A stretch of 64,000 nucleotides of DNA from Chloroflexota bacterium. Its GTDB lineage: Bacteria; Chloroflexota; Anaerolineae; Anaerolineales; UBA11858. Below are positions 57,701 to 64,000 of this stretch, piece by piece. The stretch is taken from contig VGOC01000005.1 of NCBI GenBank assembly GCA_016865865.1, positions 1,194-65,193 on the forward strand, read 5' to 3'. The notes beneath the pieces were generated by a model that worked only from the letters and a program-made list of their open reading frames with translations, ran no database searches and was not told the origin of the DNA. Each line of letters starts with the position of its first letter. The stretch's first letter is position 1. The position numbers and the translations under genes are program-made.

Positions 57701-58470
57701 TTGTGTATGATGTTCTGGATGATCCCAGCATTCACGAAACCTCGGATCAGGCTTTGCCGGTAGGGCGCCGGGCAATTGATTATCATCGAAAATTGTTGGC
57801 CGAGGCCGATTTAGTGATCGCTTCATCGTCAGTGTTGGTCCGGCGTCTCGAGCCTCAGCGCCCGGATGTGCTCTTGATTCCGAATGGGGTTGATTTGGCG
57901 CACTTCCGCCCCGATGACCTTCGCGCACACGATAAGCAGGCTGACACAACAGGGAAGCCCCGCATCGGTTTTCATGGCGCGATTGCGGAATGGTTCGATG
58001 TGGATTTGGCCTGCGAAATCGCCAGATTGCGGCCTGACTATCAGTTCGAGTTTATCGGGCCTGCTTCGGTTGATACCCAGCAACTGAGACGCCTCCCGAA
58101 TGTGATCGTCCGAGATGCGGTGGCCTATGAAGAAATCCCCCGCCATATTGCCCGGTTCGACGTGGGCATCCTGCCTTTCCACCTCGATGCGTTGACCCAG
58201 GCAGTCCGACCGCTCAAGGTCTTAGAATATCTGGCGATGGGCAAACCCGTTGTGGCTGCGCCTCTGGAAGAGATCGAAGGCTGGCCTGGCGTTCTAACCG
58301 CCAGGGATCCCCAGGATTTTGCTGCACAGATTGACCATGCTCTGGCGATTCGAGACGCCATTTCGAGCGACGAACAAGTTCAGGATTTTGTCGTCTCCGC
58401 CTCCTGGCAAAAGACGACTCAACCGCTCATCGCTCTTCTCGATGAGGCTTTTCGAGTATCTTCTCAATAA
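54748..58470 (+). CDS. Multidomain protein: SAM methyltransferase, about 200 aa of coiled coil, a GT4 domain and a second GT1/GT4 (TuaH-like) domain
   Basis: MT motif I ILEAGCGGGEQS and FNAGVLEHY. A repetitive xxEIExx helical region lies at 55520-56115. GGAERYVLELARLI...EGTSLSCLEAMASGNAVIATNVGG marks the GT4 domain. The C-terminal GT-B domain has KQRPHHLAMQLARAG...LKVLEYLAMGKPVVA. Confidence 0.8.
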   Translation: MNTNHERQKWDHYYASLPSTDEDENIIRFREEFTSVVADLLPEGGWILEAGCGGGEQSLALAKTGKYQLTLLDFSAEALEKARLAFDREGLQAEFLLEDAFRPGNARFDLVFNAGVLEHYSTDQQGSLLRGMASRSEKYVLALAPNFRNYWYWLWRAHKTSQNQWPFGREVPALDLSGAFEAAGMRYLGSAFLGQSWTESFISGVDGMADDLKGLLLQIHRGGILPAAQTSYLVAALGGVDEVSAPPGWGDLPEADRAPAIEALTAALTDALALQVEARREARVARDEYLARLADMSTQLMEQKRGHTIGLMERVQEIERQTADELVGKIQEIERRFDERVRQIEQQSADDLTCKVQEIERRFDERVHQIEQARASDLAEQIGAIERDGAEQLVGRLREIERRNAEALIEKLKEIEYQQVFDYTGLVRQIEHDHTGVLIGKIREIEHLRAQIEALHQPPTPILSQQVKSFLIRIFTKLGLLSYAIELKKNLKKARHLFRKKIPSEASYQPPISLGHPAIPPERRVVILTYTFFDFDGGNMYCGGAERYVLELARLIRELGFFPELYQCGNGYWVRYYRDLRVTGLDVGGEAERLAAEYRKLPHQQALTIFSPFSLAISAGEGRSVGISHGVFWDYPDFQANRPAMQAVWDSCRNLEIIVSVDTNTINWVRASAAGLAEKFVYIPNFVDVDVFEPAPLTPHPAREEDARSVGDRITILYPRRLYRPRGFWLVAEVLPKILERYPQVEFFFVGRADKPEADYVCELTVCYPGRVRWEILPPEEMPQAYRQAHITVAPTLHSEGTSLSCLEAMASGNAVIATNVGGLPNLILPYHNGLLIDASADALENALVELIENPALRQQIAQRGREAAAAFSIERWRAQWREILAQRLVAGERVDSESTKVAFFPIAPGIPWEGIKQRPHHLAMQLARAGIETFWGNPTRRQASPHPLLHILGPREETHFSRPLIFVYYPFTYRAIHQYDDPFVVYDVLDDPSIHETSDQALPVGRRAIDYHRKLLAEADLVIASSSVLVRRLEPQRPDVLLIPNGVDLAHFRPDDLRAHDKQADTTGKPRIGFHGAIAEWFDVDLACEIARLRPDYQFEFIGPASVDTQQLRRLPNVIVRDAVAYEEIPRHIARFDVGILPFHLDALTQAVRPLKVLEYLAMGKPVVAAPLEEIEGWPGVLTARDPQDFAAQIDHALAIRDAISSDEQVQDFVVSASWQKTTQPLIALLDEAFRVSSQ

Positions 58471-58483
58471 CTTGGGGGAAGAT

Positions 58484-58522
58484 GGGGGGTGTGCGGGCGG
58501 CGAAGCCGCCCGCACACCCCCC
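58484..58522 (+). terminator. GC-rich hairpin (17-18 bp stem) after the 1240-aa gene; no clear U-tract
   Basis: ggggggtgtgcgggcgg-cgaag-ccgcccgcacacccccc. It starts 13 nt after the stop. Confidence 0.35.
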
Positions 58523-58554
58523 GCTCCCCCTATTATTGAGTTGATACCTTTTCG

Positions 58555-60696
58555 ATGAATCTTGACGGGTGGAAGAACAATATTGGTTTTTGGTTGGGTA
58601 CCGCAGGGGTCATTTTTAGTTTAATGCTCAGCATCTGGTTTTCGGCTGCCACATTCCTCGATCCCTTGCCTCCTTATGTCTTCTATGACCATGATCTGCG
58701 CATCGCAATCCTCTATCTGGTCATTTTCTCGATTGTGGGATTCTTGTCCCTGATCCAGAAACCTTGCTGGCTGGGGACATTAACCATCGTCTCGAGTGGG
58801 GGAATGATTCTGGTCGCTGCAAAGACGCCTTCTCTGGCCGTCAGCCTTCTCTTGCTTTTGTGGTTTCTCTGGTCGAGCTGGTGTATTGGGGAGGCGGCCC
58901 TTCGATGGCTGGTCAACCCCGAGGATTTATCTGCCGGCGAAGGGGCGGCGTTGGCGATCGTTTTGGGGTGGGGCGTGCTGGTTGTGTTGACTCTATTCCT
59001 GGGGGTGATCGGTCTTTATCAGCGCTGGCTATTTTACGCGCTTTTCTCGTTGATCACGATCTGGGGCTTATGGAAACACAAAATGAAATTCAGGCAGCGG
59101 CGCTCCAACCGTCATCCAGGTTCCTGGCCTGGCGCGCTCGTATCGAGCCTGTTGGCGGTCGTCGCCGCAGGGAGTTTTTTCTGGGCGCTGGCTCCTGCCG
59201 TTCGCTATGATTCCCTCAGCTATCATTTGGCGGTCCCTCTCCGCTATCTCGAGGCCGGGCGGATGCTCGAACTGCCCGAGTCCTTCCAGATGTATTTTGC
59301 CCATTATGGCGAGATGCTCTACCTGATTGCCTTCGCACTGGGCGATCAGCCTTTGCCGGGGTTGATTAATTTCTCCGCCGGGATTCTGCTCACCATTCAG
59401 ACATATTTCCTCGGCAAACGCCTGGCAAATCGAACACTGGGATGGATTGCAGCAGTGATTTTGTATTCGCTGCCAATCATCGGCATCGAGTCGGCGACAA
59501 CGTATGTAGACATATTCATCGCTCTGTTCGTTACTTCAGCGCTCCATGCTGCGTTGTTGTGGTCGCAGGGAAAGGGGGGTCGGTGGCTGTTTTTGACAGG
59601 GATTTTCTCCGGCCTTGCGCTGGGGACGAAGTTGAACGCCTTCCTTTTGTTGCTTCCCTTCTGGCTTTGGACATTCACCGCAGAGACGCGAAGTTCGAGG
59701 AGCAAGACAGTAATAAATATTCCGCGCTCTCTGCATCTCCGCGGTGAAGCGCTATTGTCGCTAGGTTTGCCCGCGCTGTTGTTGTGGGCGCCCTGGCTGG
59801 CCCGCGACTGGTTCTGGACTGGTAATCCGATCTTTCCGAATCTGAATGCCATCTTTCGAAGCCCCGAGTGGTTCGACAGGCATTTTTTCGTTTTCCAACC
59901 CACCCTGAACACTCTCCAGGGGATCCTCTTTTTCCCCTGGTTGGGGGTCGCGGACTCTCACCGATATTATCACGAAGCTCCCGGGGCGGTTCTGGGCGCG
60001 TTGCCGATGCTCAGCCTGCCCTGGTTCTATGGCTGGCGAATACGGCGCTCCCAAACGCTGTCGCTTTTTTTCGCTTTTTGTGCGGCGATGGCCTTGCTCT
60101 TCGGCTTTGGCGCAAATGCCCGATACCTGATGCCGCTTTTTCCATTGCTCAGCGTCCTGGCAGCTTCGAATGTCGAATCCTTTGGCGAGATTCTATTCCG
60201 GAAGCAAAAGCACTGGGGCGCGCCCCTCGTTTTCCTGGCGTTGCTGTACGTATTTTCGACGCGCCTGGCGTTTACGGCGCGCTGGTGGGAGATCCCCGAA
60301 AGGTACCCGATTCGAATCTGGCTGGGACAAGAATCCCAGGAACATTTTGTGGAGCGTGTCTTGCCAGTCTATGGGGCGTTCGAGTTTTTAAATCAACAAG
60401 GGCGCTTCAAGGTGTTCTCTGTGGGGAATGAACTTCGGCTTTACACAGCTTCGGAGATATATGGCATCCTCTTCTCCAAAGAAGCCCATCATGCCCTTCA
60501 CGATGCCACCACCCCAGATGAATTGGCCCAAAACCTTGCCAGGGAGGGCTATGATTACCTATTGATCTATCCGCCAGAACAGGAACACCGCCCAGAGATT
60601 TACACCTCCCCGAGTTTGCACGAAGCCTTTTTTGAGCGCTATACGCGCTTAGAATATAGCCAGAAAAATGTTTATCTCTACCATTTTGTGCCATAA
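58555..60696 (+). CDS. GT-C-like polytopic membrane protein (713 aa)
   Basis: More than 12 hydrophobic spans. RYDSLSYHLAVPLRYLEAGRM is a typical first periplasmic loop of ArnT/PMT_2-like proteins. There is a soluble C-terminal domain. Confidence 0.55.
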   Translation: MNLDGWKNNIGFWLGTAGVIFSLMLSIWFSAATFLDPLPPYVFYDHDLRIAILYLVIFSIVGFLSLIQKPCWLGTLTIVSSGGMILVAAKTPSLAVSLLLLLWFLWSSWCIGEAALRWLVNPEDLSAGEGAALAIVLGWGVLVVLTLFLGVIGLYQRWLFYALFSLITIWGLWKHKMKFRQRRSNRHPGSWPGALVSSLLAVVAAGSFFWALAPAVRYDSLSYHLAVPLRYLEAGRMLELPESFQMYFAHYGEMLYLIAFALGDQPLPGLINFSAGILLTIQTYFLGKRLANRTLGWIAAVILYSLPIIGIESATTYVDIFIALFVTSALHAALLWSQGKGGRWLFLTGIFSGLALGTKLNAFLLLLPFWLWTFTAETRSSRSKTVINIPRSLHLRGEALLSLGLPALLLWAPWLARDWFWTGNPIFPNLNAIFRSPEWFDRHFFVFQPTLNTLQGILFFPWLGVADSHRYYHEAPGAVLGALPMLSLPWFYGWRIRRSQTLSLFFAFCAAMALLFGFGANARYLMPLFPLLSVLAASNVESFGEILFRKQKHWGAPLVFLALLYVFSTRLAFTARWWEIPERYPIRIWLGQESQEHFVERVLPVYGAFEFLNQQGRFKVFSVGNELRLYTASEIYGILFSKEAHHALHDATTPDELAQNLAREGYDYLLIYPPEQEHRPEIYTSPSLHEAFFERYTRLEYSQKNVYLYHFVP

Positions 60697-60747
60697 GGGG
60701 GAAGGATTCTCTTTCTCCTACGCAAGCGGTCCCTATTTAGATATATT

Positions 60748-61242
60748 TCACTTACCAGTGTTCAATCGAGCAAGCTGTCCGCGTACTCTTTGGATGAATT
60801 CCCCAGGCCGTAATATGTTAATATCTGGATTTCCTGGCTGGTAGTGACGGATGTTGAGTGTCACTAGCCAGGGATACCCTTCTCGTAAAGCGGCTGCTAT
60901 GATGGGTAAATCTTTTGGATCAGCCTGTCCCTGCAATGGGAGTAAATCTTCCGGTTTTGGATCTGGGACGATCTTTATACACCTGCTGACAAGGTGATTG
61001 AACGCTGAGAGGACCTGAGGCAATTTTTCACCCAGGTTGCGCTTCGCTTCTGTGATCACTTGCTCTGAAGTCAGGGCTTCAATGAATGCTATTTCAGCTA
61101 GCCGAAAAATAAGCAAACTCGCCCCGTGTTCGATTGGTGAGGCTGTTCCAGCAAATAACACATCTGCATCGACGAAAACCTGAGGTTTAGGTTGTCTGAT
61201 CGGCGGCATACTTCTCCTGGTAAAATCGTTGGCGTTGTTCAC
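60748..61242 (-). CDS. PIN-domain toxin (VapC-like)
   Basis: Has an N-terminal VFVDADVLFAG acidic motif and is about 150 aa. It overlaps the upstream AbrB-type gene. ATG at 61209 is an alternative start. Confidence 0.65.
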   Translation of the reverse strand: MNNANDFTRRSMPPIRQPKPQVFVDADVLFAGTASPIEHGASLLIFRLAEIAFIEALTSEQVITEAKRNLGEKLPQVLSAFNHLVSRCIKIVPDPKPEDLLPLQGQADPKDLPIIAAALREGYPWLVTLNIRHYQPGNPDINILRPGEFIQRVRGQLARLNTGK

Positions 61243-61465
61243 GCAACCCTTTTAGCAATTCTTCCAGGCTCACCCCAGCCTCCAGGCGCGCTCGCTCGAT
61301 CTCTTGAGCCAATTCAGGCGCCATGGGAACCATGGGCGTCAACACGAAAATCCCATCCATATCGACCAGGCGGAAGGCATCCCCTTCCTGTATCGCATAT
61401 CGCTCGCGTAATTCAGAAGGCAAGGTCAGAACGCCTCGTTTACGAATTTGAAGTGTTGCTTCCAT
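61187..61465 (-). CDS. AbrB/MazE/SpoVT-family antitoxin
   Basis: MEATLQIRKRGVLTLPSELRERYAIQEGDAFRLVDMDG. The start at 61465 is preferred over the longer track ORF. Confidence 0.65.
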   Translation of the reverse strand: MEATLQIRKRGVLTLPSELRERYAIQEGDAFRLVDMDGIFVLTPMVPMAPELAQEIERARLEAGVSLEELLKGLREQRQRFYQEKYAADQTT

Positions 61466-61535
61466 TTTCACATTCCTCTTGCTGTATGAATTTCCGCATT
61501 TGCAGATTATCTGCATCATACTTTGGAATCGATGT

Positions 61536-61648
61536 AACTACTCAGCCAAACGGAGAAATTCCCGAAAAAAGGGTGTGCGTGGGGGTGCGCAGCACCCCCA
61601 CGCACACCCTTTTTTCGGGCTAATCCGTTCGATGACTGAGCAGTTACG
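61536..61648. mobile_element. 113-nt MITE-like palindromic element, copy B
   Basis: Same sequence as 14390-14502, but the loop is gca instead of tgc, so the hairpin core is inverted relative to the flanks. Confidence 0.75.
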
Positions 61649-61678
61649 AATCGATTATGTATTTGGAGATATATACCT

Positions 61679-62506
61679 GTGAAGCAGTTTTCAGTGAACT
61701 TTTACGACTCATCCAGCGTAGTTCACCCCTTCGTTGAGGAAATCCAGGCGTTGATGGCTTATCGAGGGTTGGTTGTGCAGTTTGTGGCCCGGTCGATCAA
61801 GACCCGCTACAAGCGTTCGATCCTGGGTGTGGCTTGGACCATGCTCAACCCTTTGTTGACTATGATCGCGCTCACGGTGGTATTCTCTCAGCTCTTTCGG
61901 ATTCAAATCGAAAACTTTCCTGTTTACGTGCTGAGCGGCCAATTAGTGTGGATCTTCTTCTCAACGACGACCAGCAGCGCCATGGGAGAGATGATCTGGA
62001 GCAGCGAATTGATCAAACGTATCTACTTGCCCAAATCGGTCTTTGCTGTTGCTGCGGTTGGGACAGGATTGGTCAATTTTCTCTTTTCCTTGCTGCCGTT
62101 GTCAGTCATTGCTTTGGTGTTGGGCGTCGAACTACGCTCGGCCTTATTCACCTGGCTGCTGACGATGTTGCTTCTATCATTCTTCTCCTTGGGGTTGGGT
62201 CTGCTGCTCTCGACGGCGACTGTCTATTTTGCGGATATGTTGCCGGTGTACAACGTGCTTTTGACGATCTGGCTTTATCTGACGCCGGTGATTTACCCTA
62301 TGGAGATCGTCCCCACACAGTGGCATTGGTTGTTCCGCATCAACCCGGTTTACTATTATGTAGAAGCTTTCCGTGAGCCTTTGTTGGCTGGCAGTATCCC
62401 GGGCTGGGGAACCTGGCTCCCGGCAACCGGATTTGCGTTGGTGACTTTTCTGATCGGGTGGTTTGTTTTTACATCCAGATCAAGCGAATACGCCTATCGG
62501 ATATAG
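61679..62506 (+). CDS. wzm: ABC-2 type polysaccharide export permease (second copy, GTG start)
   Basis: Has LMAYRGLVVQFVARSIKTRYKRSILGVAWTMLNP and six hydrophobic spans. Confidence 0.85.
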   Translation: MKQFSVNFYDSSSVVHPFVEEIQALMAYRGLVVQFVARSIKTRYKRSILGVAWTMLNPLLTMIALTVVFSQLFRIQIENFPVYVLSGQLVWIFFSTTTSSAMGEMIWSSELIKRIYLPKSVFAVAAVGTGLVNFLFSLLPLSVIALVLGVELRSALFTWLLTMLLLSFFSLGLGLLLSTATVYFADMLPVYNVLLTIWLYLTPVIYPMEIVPTQWHWLFRINPVYYYVEAFREPLLAGSIPGWGTWLPATGFALVTFLIGWFVFTSRSSEYAYRI

Positions 62507-62656
62507 ATCAACTACCCCCCTCTCTGTCCCCCCATTTTCGCATGCGTGTGCAGCAAGCACCCCCGTATATGCCGCCCCGCCCCCTCATTGATGAATTTTT
62601 TCAGTGAACTCAGGCAATCGATGGCGAAAATGGGGAGATGAAAGGTGGGGGTGTTC

Positions 62657-63424
62657 ATGATGCAAACCAAACCCGACTCGTTTATCAACAGTGAAGATTC
62701 CGTGATTCGCGTGGAGGGCGTTTCTGTGCGGTACCGCGTTCTCCGCGAGCAACTCTCGGGGATCAAGGAGTATGCGATCCGTTGGCTGCAACGACGCCTG
62801 CAATATCGTGACTTCTGGGCTTTGAACGATATCAGCATCGAGGTTCGCCGGGGGGAGTTTTTCGGGATCGTCGGTCGCAATGGCGCGGGGAAGAGCACTC
62901 TCCTCAAGGTGATGGCCCGGGTGATCAGGCCAACCCTGGGGAGGGTAGTCATGCTTGGTAGAACTGCGCCCCTCCTCGAGCTGGGCGCGGGATTCCATCC
63001 CGAATTGACCGGTCGTGAAAATATCTTCCTCAATGGCGCTTTGTTGGGATTATCTCACACGGAAATCGTTCAGCGTTTCGAGGAGATCGTTGCTTTTTCC
63101 GAAATCGTCGAGTTCATCGAAGCGCCGCTGCGGACGTATTCCACCGGTATGGTGGCGCGCCTGGGGTTTGCAGTGGCGACCAGCGTGAGGCCAGATATCA
63201 TGCTGGTGGATGAGGTCCTCTCCGTCGGCGATGCGCAGTTTCAGGAGAAGTGCCTGGTTCGGATGCGCGCCTTTCAGGAACAGGGCGCGACGATTGTGTT
63301 GGTCACGCACAGCATGGAGAGGGTGGTCGCATTGTGTGAACGGGCGATCTGGTTGGATGGGGGAAAGGTTGCAGCCCAGGGGGAAGCCTCGGCAGTTGTC
63401 AATCAATACTCACGAACGCTATAG
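62657..63424 (+). CDS. wzt: Polysaccharide ABC exporter ATPase without a C-terminal binding domain (second copy)
   Basis: Has [19 protein letters not shown] and IMLVDEVLSVGD. It ends about 20 aa after the NBD. Confidence 0.85.
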   Translation: MMQTKPDSFINSEDSVIRVEGVSVRYRVLREQLSGIKEYAIRWLQRRLQYRDFWALNDISIEVRRGEFFGIVGRNGAGKSTLLKVMARVIRPTLGRVVMLGRTAPLLELGAGFHPELTGRENIFLNGALLGLSHTEIVQRFEEIVAFSEIVEFIEAPLRTYSTGMVARLGFAVATSVRPDIMLVDEVLSVGDAQFQEKCLVRMRAFQEQGATIVLVTHSMERVVALCERAIWLDGGKVAAQGEASAVVNQYSRTL

Positions 63425-63446
63425 AAAGCTCTATTGAAAGCAAAAC

Positions 63447-64000
63447 ATGAGCAGCATCGGAAAACCACGCGTTTTGTTTTGCCGATCGAATCCCGTCGCG
63501 CCGGACCCGCGCCTCGAAAAGGCAGCTGCCGCTTTAGCTGAAGCCGGATATGACGTTGCCATATTGTGTTGGGATCGCACTGGCCAGTTTCCTGCCCGCG
63601 ATCAAGTGGGCGGCGTATCATGCTACCGCCTTCCGATCAAGGCCTGGTTTGGAACTGGCCTGGGCAATTTTCGTCCACTCTTGAGATGGCAGTGGGGCTT
63701 GTTGCGTTGGCTGATCCGGTGCCGCCATGAATATGATCTGATCCACGCTTGCGACTTCGATACGGTGCTGCCGGCCATGCTCTCTAAGATGCTCTTTCGC
63801 AAGAAAGTTGTCTATGATATTTACGATTTCTATGCCGATCACTTGAGAGCCACACCAGGGTGGATCAAACGCGTCATCCGGGCTGTTGACCTGCGCGTGA
63901 TTCGATCTGTGGAGGGGTTGATCATCACCGACGATTCTCGCTGGGAGCAGATGGGCCTTGCTCCCCTGTCGAATAGCGCGGCGATCTACAACTCGCCTCA
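63447..64000 (+). CDS. GT4-family glycosyltransferase, N-terminal part; runs off the right edge
   Basis: Hand translation gives MSSIGKPRVLFCRSNPVAPDPRLEKAAAALAEAGYDVAILCWDR...HACDFDTVLPA... The frame is open to the end of the window. Confidence 0.7.
   Translation, partial: MSSIGKPRVLFCRSNPVAPDPRLEKAAAALAEAGYDVAILCWDRTGQFPARDQVGGVSCYRLPIKAWFGTGLGNFRPLLRWQWGLLRWLIRCRHEYDLIHACDFDTVLPAMLSKMLFRKKVVYDIYDFYADHLRATPGWIKRVIRAVDLRVIRSVEGLIITDDSRWEQMGLAPLSNSAAIYNSP

Overview
This 64-kb window is almost entirely one co-directional (+ strand) glycan-biosynthesis island. All family calls come from reading motifs in the translated ORFs; no alignments or searches were run.

First locus (about 0.6-52.3 kb):
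- A winged-helix regulator.
- GDP-fucose genes (gmd, fcl).
- A Wzm/Wzt ABC exporter whose Wzt carries a C-terminal carbohydrate-binding-type extension.
- Two NeuB-type ulosonic-acid synthases, one fused to a xylose-isomerase-like TIM barrel.
- Three CTP_transf_3-type cytidylyltransferases.
- Two clear KpsC/KpsS-like (Capsule_synth-like) GT-B proteins, a third weaker GT-B candidate, and one DUF115/Maf-like protein. All four are candidate CMP-sugar transferases.
- Four sulfotransferase domains plus an embedded bifunctional ATP-sulfurylase/APS-kinase (PAPS synthase).
- Four stand-alone SAM methyltransferases.
- Several GT2 and GT4 enzymes.
- An unusual number of large polytopic GT-C-like membrane proteins.

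Insertion (52.3-54.7 kb): a visibly more AT-rich segment. It carries a type II restriction-modification pair whose endonuclease is broken by one in-frame TGA, followed by an array of small hairpins.

Second locus (54.7-64 kb):
- A 1240-aa methyltransferase / coiled-coil / GT4 / GT4 fusion, resembling the WbdD/WbdA or WbbB terminator-ruler-polymerase logic.
- Another GT-C-like membrane protein.
- A reverse-strand AbrB/PIN toxin-antitoxin pair.
- A second Wzm/Wzt pair without the C-terminal extension.
- The start of a GT4 gene.

Repeat layers, superimposed on the genes:
- A roughly 75-nt nested-palindrome, terminator-like element in 4 copies.
- A 113-nt MITE-like element with a perfect 28-bp stem in 2 copies.
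- Pervasive period-7 (heptanucleotide) degenerate tandem repeats. They often occur as inverted pairs at gene junctions and also as in-frame insertions inside several CDSs.

No rRNA, tRNA or CRISPR array was recognised. The source organism is possibly a Chloroflexota/Anaerolineae-like bacterium, which is a weak inference from protein and repeat style only.
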